Shown: positions 51,025 to 60,205, counted from the stretch's first letter. The stretch is DNA of 64,000 nucleotides from an uncultured Bdellovibrionales bacterium (GCA_964605525.1 CAZSCV010000001.1:18424-82423), one strand, 5' to 3'. Notes: generated from the letters alone by a model not told the origin. Made by a program: numbers and translations.

Positions 51025-53187
51025 ATGAACAAACTACTTGAACAATTGAATGTAGCGCAGAGGGAGGCGGTGGAGGCTACTGAGGGGCCAGTTTTAGTGA
51101 TTGCTGGGGCTGGATCGGGAAAGACTCGCGTGCTTACTCACCGAGTCGCTTATTTAATAACAGAAAAAGGCGTAAAACCGCAAAATATTCTAGCTGTAAC
51201 ATTTACCAATAAAGCCGCGCAAGAAATGAAAGAGCGAATAAATAAATTGTTAGCGGATGGGTTTAATGCTTCACGTTCCACTTCGCACGTTAATGTTGGT
51301 ACTTTTCATTCAATTTGTGTAAAAATATTGCGCAGAGAGATTGATAAACTTGGTTATCAAAAGTCCTTTAATATTTTTGATGACCAGGATCAGAAAGTTT
51401 TAATGAAAAAAGTTGTCAAGGAATTGGAGATTAATACCGAACAATTCAACCCCAAAACTTTTTTAGCCGTTATTAGTAAGGCAAAAAATGAACTTCGGGA
51501 TGAGTATGCTTTTGAGGTTGGAATCGGAGGGTATTACGAAGAGATTGTGGCAAAAGTGTACAAAAAATATCAGAAGGAATTGAGGGAAATTAACGCTTTG
51601 GATTTTGACGACCTAATTCGATTGACTATTGAGCTTTTTCAGAAATTCCCCGAGATATTGGAGAAATATCAAAATCTTTTCAAATATATTTTAGTGGATG
51701 AATACCAGGATACTAATCATGCGCAATATACTTTAGTGCGATTGTTGGCTCAAAAACATCAAAATCTTTGTGTCGTTGGCGATGATTGGCAGTCAATTTA
51801 TGGCTGGAGGCAGGCAGATATCCGCAATATTTTGAGTTTCGAGAAAGATTATCCGCAAGCGAAATTAATAACATTGGAGCAAAACTATCGTTCCACGCAG
51901 AATATATTAGACGCTGCTTACGGCGTTATTTCTCAGAATGTAAACAGAAAAGACAAAAAAGTGTGGACGGACAACAAGGAAGGTCATCAAATTGTTTCAT
52001 TTGAAGCGCAAGATGAGCGCGAAGAGGCTGAATTTGTGGCACGCACAATAAGAGAAGAGCAGATGAATGAAGGAGCGCCGGGTAAATTTTCAGATTTTGC
52101 TGTGTTATACCGAACAAACGCACAATCGCGAGCCTTAGAAGAGGTTTTCTTGCGAGAAGATATTCCCTATCGAATTATCGGCGGATTAAAATTCTATCAA
52201 CGAAAGGAAATCAAAGATGTCATTGCTTATCTACATCTTATGCAGAATGGATTAGACTATGTATCCCTGGAGCGGGTTATTAATGAGCCAAAGAGAGGAA
52301 TCGGAAAAGCCACGTTAGGAAAATGGATTACTTTTTCGAAAAAAGTAGGAAAGAATCTCATCTTGACAGGATTAGGTATGGATAATGAATCCGGATTGAA
52401 TAAGGGAAAAGTCGATGAAATTAAAAAGTTCTGTGATTTTATCGTTCGGATGCAGGATTTAAGGGAAAAAATTGAGTTGGCGGATCTTATTGAAAAGGTT
52501 TTTTATGAAAGCGGTTATGAAAAAGTATTGTCGAGCATGGGAGCAGATGGCGAAATGCGATTGGAAAATGTAAGGGAGCTTCTTAGTGTGGCGGGAAAAT
52601 ATGCCGGAGTAAAAGCAAATGAATCCCTTGATTTGTTCTTGGAGGAAGTGGCACTAGCTAGTGATACTGACAATATTGAAAAAAGAGAAAATTCAGTGCA
52701 TTTAATGACGCTTCATAGTGCTAAGGGTCTTGAATTTCCTTCGGTTTTCATTGTGGGGCTTGAGGAGGGCATTCTCCCGCATTCACGAAGTATGCTTAGT
52801 GAGAGTGAAATGGAAGAAGAAAGAAGATTGATGTATGTGGGTATTACACGAGCAATGAAAAAAGTTTATCTGTTGTTTACTCAAATGAGAATGATTTTTG
52901 GCTCAACACAAGCCAATCCCCCTTCGCGATTTCTGGAAGATATTCCCCGGCATCTTATATTACCGGAAAGTACGAAGTGCGAAAAACAAAAAGAAAAACG
53001 ATTGGATAAGCACACAGCACATTCTGCATCTCAACTTTCGCGCTTTAGGGATGGACAAAGGATTATTCATGCTAACTTTGGAGAAGGAATAATTATTTCT
53101 ATTACTAATGATATAGCAACAATTGCCTTCCCTCACAAAGGAATTAAACGAATATCTCTTTCAATAGCGCCAATAAAAGAAGCGTAA
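51025..53187 (+). CDS. pcrA: ATP-dependent DNA helicase PcrA/UvrD
   Basis: AGAGSGKTRVL, TFTNKAA, VDEYQDTN, VGDDWQSIYGWR, EQNYRST, LYRTNAQSR, MTLHSAKGLEF, EEERRLMYVGITRA. Confidence 0.96.
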   Translation: MNKLLEQLNVAQREAVEATEGPVLVIAGAGSGKTRVLTHRVAYLITEKGVKPQNILAVTFTNKAAQEMKERINKLLADGFNASRSTSHVNVGTFHSICVKILRREIDKLGYQKSFNIFDDQDQKVLMKKVVKELEINTEQFNPKTFLAVISKAKNELRDEYAFEVGIGGYYEEIVAKVYKKYQKELREINALDFDDLIRLTIELFQKFPEILEKYQNLFKYILVDEYQDTNHAQYTLVRLLAQKHQNLCVVGDDWQSIYGWRQADIRNILSFEKDYPQAKLITLEQNYRSTQNILDAAYGVISQNVNRKDKKVWTDNKEGHQIVSFEAQDEREEAEFVARTIREEQMNEGAPGKFSDFAVLYRTNAQSRALEEVFLREDIPYRIIGGLKFYQRKEIKDVIAYLHLMQNGLDYVSLERVINEPKRGIGKATLGKWITFSKKVGKNLILTGLGMDNESGLNKGKVDEIKKFCDFIVRMQDLREKIELADLIEKVFYESGYEKVLSSMGADGEMRLENVRELLSVAGKYAGVKANESLDLFLEEVALASDTDNIEKRENSVHLMTLHSAKGLEFPSVFIVGLEEGILPHSRSMLSESEMEEERRLMYVGITRAMKKVYLLFTQMRMIFGSTQANPPSRFLEDIPRHLILPESTKCEKQKEKRLDKHTAHSASQLSRFRDGQRIIHANFGEGIIISITNDIATIAFPHKGIKRISLSIAPIKEA

Positions 53188-53341
53188 GTTATATTATAAA
53201 ATAAAAGTAATCTTTTGTCAAATAAAGTTAGGAAGTAAGCCATATTTTGTGGGTATTTTTTTGTCTGAATTTATTAAAAAATAAGCATAGATAGTGTGTT
53301 ATATAATTAATGACTTCTAAATCATTGATTGGGATATATAT

Positions 53342-54201
53342 TGTTCCACGTGGAACAATTATAAGATGATTTTTATTTTTTTATTTTTTTATTTTTTTTA
53401 TATAATCTGAAAGAGTCAAATGAGTATTTTTATGAATAAATTCAAGGAATGTGGAGTTATTTCTGAAATTTAACAGTATTGTAATGATTTGATGTATATT
53501 TTTTTACACAATTGTTCCATGTGGAACAATTGTGTAAATGTATAACTTGAATAATTGAAATATTTTTTTTGTATCTATTTATTTGTTAAAAAAGAATTAT
53601 TAAAAAAGTCTAAATAATTAGTAGGAAGACAAAGAACTTTTTTGTGATTGATATATTGCGATGTTATATATTGCAAGTTTGAATTCCTAGAAAGCATATT
53701 TTGTAATTGTTCCACGTGGAACAATTACAAGAATACAAACTTTTTGATAAAAAATAAATCAGCATAGCTAAGGGATATTTTTTGATTGATTGCAGCAATG
53801 GGTATTTTTTTAAATTTTGATCGGTAATGGCCTGTTGAAGTTGATTTTTATCATAAGCAGAGATTTATATAGATGTATAATGTTCCACGTGGAACATTGA
53901 AGTTGTTTGGTATATTTTTTTAGTAAAAAACTTTAATAATATCCAAAAAAGTGCTGTTTTTTAATTAGTTGCGATAAATAAGATATTTTTCTATTCTTTT
54001 AATAGGGCTGATTTTAAAATAAAAAAGTAATGATTTATATGAAAGTATAATTGTTCCACGTGGAACAATTATACTAGGCGGATTATTTCTCGTTTAGTGT
54101 TTGTTGTATTTATTTTAATAATTAGTGATACATCGGAAGGTTTGATAGATTTTTTTTGCGTAGTATGGGTTTGTTTTTATTATATTGTTCCACGTGGAAC
54201 A
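53342..54201. repeat. Cluster of six parS sites
   Basis: TGTTCCACGTGGAACA at 53342, 53708, 53881, 54052, 54186 and TGTTCCATGTGGAACA at 53513; matches the bacterial parS consensus. Confidence 0.88.
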
Positions 54202-54235
54202 ATTAGGGTTAATTTTATGTTTGAATGTATGCAAA

Positions 54236-54297
54236 TGTGGATAACTTATAAGAGATACTTAAAACAAAGGGTTTTTCTTATTAAAAGCTGTGGATAA
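54236..54297. promoter_or_regulatory. Two perfect DnaA boxes
   Basis: TGTGGATAA at 54236 and 54289. Confidence 0.7.
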
Positions 54298-54497
54298 TGT
54301 GTGAATTAAAATAGATACTAGCCTATTTTAGTTGACAAAAAAGTAAATATATTGCATAGTATAAATATATAATAGTTTCAAATTATTTTTTTTAAAAAGT
54401 GTTAAGCGGGATGAATTCAATGATTTAGAGCCCACTTCTTTTGTGTTTTTGTTGACGGTTTGTTTTATTTCGTTTATGATTGGCTTGTTGAAAATAA

Positions 54498-54570
54498 GGG
54501 CCATTAGCTCAATTGGTAGAGCGCTTCCATGGCATGGAAGAGGCAGCCGGTTCGAATCCGGCATGGTCCA
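54498..54570 (+). tRNA. tRNA-Ala(GGC), CCA not encoded
   Basis: Acceptor GGGCCAT/ATGGTCC with G3:U70; anticodon arm CTTCC-ATGGCAT-GGAAG; T arm GCCGG-TTCGAAT-CCGGC. Confidence 0.95.
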
Positions 54571-54679
54571 CTACGCAAAATTTATTATTAACAATAAATT
54601 TTTGTGTAGTGGCCACGTTTGTGGTTTTTTGTTTATTTAAAACTGCGATTGTGATATTGTAGTAGTGTATAAACTTATT

Positions 54680-54754
54680 GTCCTTGTAGTTCAATGGATA
54701 GAACGAGTCCCTCCTAAGGACTAAATGCAGGTTCGATTCCTGCCAAGGACACCA
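54680..54754 (+). tRNA. tRNA-Arg(CCT), CCA encoded
   Basis: Acceptor GTCCTTG/CAAGGAC; anticodon arm AGTCC-CTCCTAA-GGACT; T arm GCAGG-TTCGATT-CCTGC; ACCA end. Confidence 0.95.
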
Positions 54755-54794
54755 CGTAAAATTCGCTACGCTCATCACGTGGCATAGCAAACTT

Positions 54795-56294
54795 ATGATT
54801 AGGAAAATTCCATCTCAAATTGTTGAGGTGCTTGAAAAAATTCAAAAAGCGGGGTTCGAAGCGTACATTGTTGGTGGATGTGTGCGTGATTTGTTGTGCC
54901 ACAAAGATCCAAAGGACTGGGACTTGACAACAAATGCCAGACCAAATGAGATTTTGAATATTTTTGGAGAAGAGAATGCTTTTTATGAAAATGATTTTGG
55001 AACAGTAGGGGTGAAGATTGGGAGCAAAGAATCAGGAATTGTGAATCAAGAAGAAAAGAAAGAAATTGTGGAGGTGACGACTTATCGAATTGAAAGTAAA
55101 TATTCCGATCGGAGAAGACCGGACGAGGTGAAATTCGCCAAAACGCTGGAAGAAGATTTGAGTCGGCGGGATTTTACGGTAAACGCGATTGCCCTGCGAG
55201 TTACGGACTTCACAAAATTGCAAACGGGAGCGGATGGATATGAAATTATTGATTTATTCGGAGGACGGAAAGATATCGAGGATAGGATTATTCGAGCGGT
55301 GGGTGCTGCAAGCAAAAGATTTGATGAGGATGCTCTGCGGATGATGCGGGCGGTGCGCTTCCACGCGCAATTGGGGTTTGATATTGAGAAAAAAACTTTC
55401 AAAGCGATCAAAGAAAACGCTTTTTTAATGAAACATATTTCCGCGGAAAGAGTAAAAGATGAATTTTCCAAAATAATTTTGTCAAGCAATCCAGCGGAAG
55501 GGGTGGATATGCTTCACGAAACTGGGCTTTTGAATTTTGTGATTCCGGAATTGGAAAACGGAGTAGATGTGGGACAAAACCGCCATCATATTCACACAAT
55601 ATACAAGCACAACTTGTTGGCACTCAAATTTTGCCCTTCAAAAAAACTTGAAGTGCGTCTGGCGGCGCTACTTCACGACATCGCCAAACCTCAAACCAAA
55701 AGAGGCGAGGGGTATTATTCAACTTTCTATAATCACGACCATGTGGGCGCGCGCGTGGCAAAAAAGATTTTGCAGCGGCTCAAGTTTTCCAATGAAATTA
55801 CCAACAAAGTCGTTCTTCTGATTAATAATCATATGTTTTATTATAATCCCGAAGAAGTTGGGGAGGCTTCAGTGCGCCGTTTGATTCAAAAAGTCGGATT
55901 GGAAAATATGAAAGACTTGATGGATGTGCGAATCGCTGACCGACTGGGGAGCGGAACGCCAAAAGCTAAGCCGTACAAATTGCGCCATTTGGAATATTTG
56001 ATCGACAAAGTTTCCAAAGATGCGGTATCGGTAAAAATGCTGAAAATCGGCGGTAATGATTTGATAAAAGAATTGAAACTTGCCCCCGGTCCGAAAATCG
56101 GAGCGATTTTGGATGTGCTTTTGGCAGAAGTGATTGAAGACGCAAAAAAGAATAACCGCCAGTATTTGCTCAAAAAAGCGACGGAACTTGACAAGGAAGA
56201 TCTGTCAAAATTGCGCGAAATGGCAAAAGAAAAAATAGAGGAGAAAAAAGAGGAGGATGACAAGGAGTTGAAAGGGAAGCATTGGGTGAAATAA
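54795..56294 (+). CDS. cca: CCA tRNA nucleotidyltransferase with HD domain
   Basis: VGGCVRDLL, DWDLTT, EVTTYR, DLSRRDFTVNA, RFDEDALRMMRAVRF, ISAERV, LLHDIAKP. Confidence 0.93.
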   Translation: MIRKIPSQIVEVLEKIQKAGFEAYIVGGCVRDLLCHKDPKDWDLTTNARPNEILNIFGEENAFYENDFGTVGVKIGSKESGIVNQEEKKEIVEVTTYRIESKYSDRRRPDEVKFAKTLEEDLSRRDFTVNAIALRVTDFTKLQTGADGYEIIDLFGGRKDIEDRIIRAVGAASKRFDEDALRMMRAVRFHAQLGFDIEKKTFKAIKENAFLMKHISAERVKDEFSKIILSSNPAEGVDMLHETGLLNFVIPELENGVDVGQNRHHIHTIYKHNLLALKFCPSKKLEVRLAALLHDIAKPQTKRGEGYYSTFYNHDHVGARVAKKILQRLKFSNEITNKVVLLINNHMFYYNPEEVGEASVRRLIQKVGLENMKDLMDVRIADRLGSGTPKAKPYKLRHLEYLIDKVSKDAVSVKMLKIGGNDLIKELKLAPGPKIGAILDVLLAEVIEDAKKNNRQYLLKKATELDKEDLSKLREMAKEKIEEKKEEDDKELKGKHWVK

Positions 56295-56318
56295 ACTTTA
56301 TTATTTGGTAAAAAAGAA

Positions 56319-56392
56319 AAAAGCCAGGAACCGTGATGGGTTGCTGGCTTTTGAAATAAAAAAGGCGGGGAACTGCGATGAGTTTCCGCCTT
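56319..56392 (-). terminator. Two tandem hairpins of the GATG(A/G)G family
   Basis: AAAAGCCAGGAACCGTGATGGGTTGCTGGCTTTT and AAATAAAAAAGGCGGGGAACTGCGATGAGTTTCCGCCTT. Confidence 0.7.
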
Positions 56393-56494
56393 GTTTTTTT
56401 GCCTACAATAAGCTAAAAATATTTGATTTGGACCAAAAAGAGCAGAATTAACAAAAAGTCTTGACTTTTTTCCAGTTTAGTGTAAAATGGTAAT

Positions 56495-57625
56495 ATGAAT
56501 AGATTTCAACAGCAACAAATCATTCAAGACTTAGCCAAGAAAATGGTTTTCATTACCGGTCCGAGACAAGTCGGGAAAACCTGGCTGGCTAAAGAGATTA
56601 GCAAGGGTTTCAAATCCCCCCTGTATCTTAATTATGACAACTTTGACCAGCGCCAAATCATCCAAAAAGAACAATGGCCGCAAGCAACCGATCTTCTGAT
56701 TTTTGATGAAATCCATAAAATGCCGGATTGGAAGAATTATCTGAAGGGAGTTTATGATACAAAAAATGAGACCACGAAAATTTTGGTGACTGGCAGTGCC
56801 AGATTGGAAACTTTTCGTCAATCCGGAGACTCTTTGGCTGGCCGATTTTTTGCGCACAAACTATTGCCATTTTCTTTGGCTGAATTGCGCAAGATAGATT
56901 CCACAAAAGAATCTTTGATTGATTCATTGATCCAGAGGGGTGGTTTCCCAGAACCATTTTTAGCCGCAACTGACATTGAAGCGGAAAGATGGCGCAATCA
57001 GTATATCGATGGCTTGGTTCGACATGATATTTTGGATTTTGAAAATATTCATGATTTCAAATCAGTCCAACTCGTTTTTGAATTATTGCGCCGAAGGACT
57101 GGTTCGCCAATCTCGCTAAATTCAATTGCTATCGATGTCGGAATTTCACCTGTAACGGTTAATAAATATCTGCAAATATTTGAAGCGCTCTATATTGTTT
57201 TTCGCGTCACACCCTATTCAAAAAATATCGCCCGCTCAATTTTAAAAGAATCAAAAGTATATTTTTTTGATAATGGATTAGTAATTGGGGACGATGGCGC
57301 TAAAATTGAAAATTTTGTCGCTATCTCTTTGTTAAAAAACATCTCCGCCAAAAATGATCTATTGGGGGAGCGCGGCGAACTTAAATATGTGCGCACCAAG
57401 GATGGCAAAGAAGTTGATTTTGCAATAATCAATGGAGAAAATGAAATCGAGGAACTTATCGAAGTAAAAAAACAGGATAATAATCTAAGTAAAACTTTGA
57501 AATATTTTGTAGAAAAATATAGCCTTAAAGGAATTCAACTGGTTAAAGAATTGAAAAATGAAAAACAAATCGGCAATATCCGAATTCTGAAAATGGAGAA
57601 CTATTTAAAAAATTTGTTTCTATAA
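56495..57625 (+). CDS. AAA_14/DUF4143 ATPase
   Basis: GPRQVGKT, LIFDEIHK, VTGSA, DSLAGR, GGFPEPF, KVYFFDNG, KEVDF...IEVK. Confidence 0.9.
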   Translation: MNRFQQQQIIQDLAKKMVFITGPRQVGKTWLAKEISKGFKSPLYLNYDNFDQRQIIQKEQWPQATDLLIFDEIHKMPDWKNYLKGVYDTKNETTKILVTGSARLETFRQSGDSLAGRFFAHKLLPFSLAELRKIDSTKESLIDSLIQRGGFPEPFLAATDIEAERWRNQYIDGLVRHDILDFENIHDFKSVQLVFELLRRRTGSPISLNSIAIDVGISPVTVNKYLQIFEALYIVFRVTPYSKNIARSILKESKVYFFDNGLVIGDDGAKIENFVAISLLKNISAKNDLLGERGELKYVRTKDGKEVDFAIINGENEIEELIEVKKQDNNLSKTLKYFVEKYSLKGIQLVKELKNEKQIGNIRILKMENYLKNLFL

Positions 57626-57641
57626 AAAACAGCGCTTAGGC

Positions 57642-57680
57642 AAATAAAAAAGGCGGAGAACTCGATGAGTTTCCGCCTTT
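57642..57680 (-). terminator. GATGAG-family hairpin, near-identical to 56354-56392
   Basis: AAATAAAAAAGGCGGAGAACTCGATGAGTTTCCGCCTTT. Confidence 0.75.
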
Positions 57681-57755
57681 GAGCTTGAACTTTTCAGGCA
57701 AGAAAGTTAGAGTCAACTTTCTTGCCAATGTTTATCACCCCCTTTTCTTATCCCC

Positions 57756-58115
57756 CTAACGATATATAATGTATTTTGCAAAGGGAATTTCTTCTCTATG
57801 AAACATGTATCCATTAGCCGGAGAAAAGACTACCCTAATCTCGATAATACTGTAATCGTTTCTCGCATTTTTTTGGATAAAAATGCAGCGCGGCCAGATG
57901 TCTTGATGGTCAAGAAAATACTTGAAATTATCGTTAAACAGAAGATTGTTTATTTGTTCCTTAGTCATGGAACACTTTTTAACCCCACTTTTGAAAAAAC
58001 TTGGGGTGCCAATTTCTTTCCACGAGATATTCCCTAAAAGGAATATTGCACGTCTATTTCCTGAGACACAAGTAATGGTTTTGTGGTTTTCGAAAAAGTA
58101 ATGCATGACGCTCAT
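57756..58115 (-). CDS. Hypothetical protein (cargo of TrmB paralog 6)
   Basis: AAGGAG SD before ATG; downstream hairpins; no recognisable family. Confidence 0.6.
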   Translation of the reverse strand: MSVMHYFFENHKTITCVSGNRRAIFLLGNISWKEIGTPSFFKSGVKKCSMTKEQINNLLFNDNFKYFLDHQDIWPRCIFIQKNARNDYSIIEIRVVFSPANGYMFHREEIPFAKYIIYR

Positions 58116-58365
58116 AGTCGCTCTCCTTGAAATATGTGCTCATTATTGAGCTTTTTTATAAAATGATTTTTAAAAAAACTGTTGTCATGAATCTTTTTGC
58201 TGTTCTCATCATGACTCTGTAGTATATCGCAAATTGGCAAACTATGTGGAAGTGGTTTCCAAATTTATTGCTAAAATTGACAAATTATGGCTTATCTGAT
58301 ATACTAAAAGTGTTGAAATATAATCCACAACATTCACCCTGTCAAATAAATTTTAAGTTTTGATT

Positions 58366-59130
58366 ATGATAAAGAGTCTTTTAGAACAACTGAATTTCTC
58401 GGAAAAAGAGTCCGCTATTTATCTAGCGCTTTTGGAAATGGGTTCAACGAAACCCAGTATTTTAGCCAAAAAAACTGGCCTGAATCGCACCACCGTCTAT
58501 GATATTTGCGAGCTTTTGATGCAAAAAGGTTTGATTTCGAAATATAAAAAAGGCGCCGGCACATTCTTTAATGCGCTGGATCCCAAACATTTACTGACAT
58601 ATCTTGACCGAGAAAGAGAAGAAAAGGCCAAAGAGATTGAAAAACAGAAGGGCAAGGTTTCTGAACTTCTGCCCCAGCTTTTGTCGATGCAAAACATTTA
58701 TGGCGCCAGTAAGCCGAAAGTGCAGTTTTTTGAAGGAGAAAAGGGGATGCGCGAGGCTTATGAAGACACGCTTACCAGCAAGGAAATTATCCTAGCTTAT
58801 GCCAATCCGCAGACGATGCATGAGGGTCTGCCCAATTTCTTTCCGGAATATTACAAGCGCCGGGCGGAAAAAAGAATCTTTATTAAAGCCATCATTCCCA
58901 GAAACAAGATGTCTTTGGAAAGAATGGCGCACAATCAGGAAGAAATGCGCGATACCCGCTTTTTGCCCGAAGAAAAAATGACTTTTTCGCCAGAAGTGAA
59001 TATCTATAACAACAAAATGCTCATCGCCTCATGGAAAGAAAAAATAGCTATCATTATCGAATCGAAAGAGTTGGTCGATTTGCAAAAAATGACCTTCGAT
59101 TTATTGTGGGAAAGTTTGCCGAGAAATTAA
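58366..59130 (+). CDS. TrmB-family regulator (paralog 6)
   Basis: FSEKESAIYLALLEMG...TGLNRTTVY; KPKVQFFEGEKG; EVNIYNNK...IIES...FDLLW. Confidence 0.87.
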   Translation: MIKSLLEQLNFSEKESAIYLALLEMGSTKPSILAKKTGLNRTTVYDICELLMQKGLISKYKKGAGTFFNALDPKHLLTYLDREREEKAKEIEKQKGKVSELLPQLLSMQNIYGASKPKVQFFEGEKGMREAYEDTLTSKEIILAYANPQTMHEGLPNFFPEYYKRRAEKRIFIKAIIPRNKMSLERMAHNQEEMRDTRFLPEEKMTFSPEVNIYNNKMLIASWKEKIAIIIESKELVDLQKMTFDLLWESLPRN

Positions 59131-59197
59131 AAAATATTTCGGGTTTAAGGAGTTTCGGCCTTTGCAGAGGAGGATTATTTCCAATATTTTGGCAGGA
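59129..59197 (+). pseudogene. Duplicated recQ 5' fragment
   Basis: 63/69 nt identical to 61007-61075 ([20 protein letters not shown]). Confidence 0.85.
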
Positions 59198-59284
59198 GGC
59201 AATCAGGCAAATTATGCAATTGCATGATATTATACATTTAGTATAACAAATACGTTATACTAAATGTTAAATTATACTCAAATT

Positions 59285-59425
59285 ATGTCCAAGATGGCTA
59301 GAAAACTTAATCCGAAAATTCCTTGCCATCGTGTTATCCGAACGGATGGAAAAATTGGCGGGTATAACCGCGGTGAAGATAAAAAACGGGAAATTTTGGA
59401 AAAAGAAAAAAGCCGGAAGTTTTGA
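59285..59425 (+). pseudogene. C-terminal fragment of an O6-methylguanine methyltransferase (Ogt/MGMT)
   Basis: MSKMARKLNPKIPCHRVIRTDGKIGGYNRGEDKKREILEKEK: PCHRV active-site motif, N-terminal HTH missing. Confidence 0.75.
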
Positions 59426-59469
59426 TGAGCTTCCGGCGGTAAGAATACCCTATTTCAGTAAGCAAGAGA

Positions 59470-59895
59470 TTATTTCATAATCTCTTCTAAATTCTCCAAA
59501 CCTTCTTTCCAGTTATCAGCAAGAGGAACAGGAGCAATTTTTGCTGTTGGATATAAGTCCGGTAGCTGATTAACAAAAACCTCGGCATATTGCCATAATG
59601 TTGACCAGCTCTTGGCGTTATAAACAATAGCCACTGGAATTGTTTTATTGGTACTGAGGATTTGACCGATGCACATGAAAACAACCGCAGTTGTCATCAC
59701 AAAAGTACATTCATTGATAATAGATGCGACCAGAACGCCGTCTATAGGAACATTTTGAATAATATTTTTTGTATCTTCCAGATTTGTTGCTATTAAATAT
59801 TCATATTTTCTATTTTTATTCAATCTATCTCCGTTCAATTTTTTCTTTGCTTCATTCGCTGTTTCTTGTGTTGCCACAAGTAGGATTTTTTTCAT
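59470..59895 (-). CDS. Hypothetical protein, possible degenerate receiver fold (cargo of TrmB paralog 7)
   Basis: AAGGAG SD; MKKILLV...IATNLEDTKNIIQNVPIDGVLV...IPVAIV pattern lacking the acidic pocket. Confidence 0.55.
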   Translation of the reverse strand: MKKILLVATQETANEAKKKLNGDRLNKNRKYEYLIATNLEDTKNIIQNVPIDGVLVASIINECTFVMTTAVVFMCIGQILSTNKTIPVAIVYNAKSWSTLWQYAEVFVNQLPDLYPTAKIAPVPLADNWKEGLENLEEIMK

Positions 59896-60172
59896 ACTAG
59901 TCTCCTTTTTAAAGATTGAGTTTGGAATTGAGCTAAAGCGTGACAAGGTTTTGAATGAACTTTTGTTAAGACTCGATTCTTTTTCGACTTCTTGTCTCAA
60001 CAAACCAGTATGTATCCAAAAGAAAATATTGTCAATAATTGGCGTCAAATTATTTAAGTTAGATTTTTAGCAAAAGAGAAAAATAGCTTTAAAATGAAGT
60101 AATATTGACAAAATATGGTAGTACGATATGATTATTATGTTGACGGAAAGTGCCGACAACTATTTTATTTTA

Positions 60173-60199
60173 CTGGATTCCCGTTTTCGCGGGAATGAC
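60173..60199 (+). repeat. dRS3/REP-like palindromic element in the TrmB 5' UTR
   Basis: CTGGATTCCCGTTTTCGCGGGAATGAC, containing ATTCCC-N8-GGGAAT. Confidence 0.75.
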
Positions 60200-60205
60200 A
60201 TAGAA

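Noticed and set aside
53342-54201. CRISPR array
   Set aside because: The repeat is a 16-bp parS palindrome, gaps are about 120-180 bp, and no cas1 or effector genes are present.
23392-54570. Functional link between the AlaRS paralog and tRNA-Ala(GGC)
   Set aside because: 30 kb apart; the tRNA is canonical (G3:U70) and lies among core genes.
54328-54902. ORFs 54328-54564, 54443-54640, 54509-54790, 54714-54902
   Set aside because: Shadow frames over the two tRNA genes.
60128-60205. N-terminal extension of TrmB paralog 7 (LDSRFRGND)
   Set aside because: It is the translation of the operator and dRS3-like repeat; paralog lengths favour ATG 60206.
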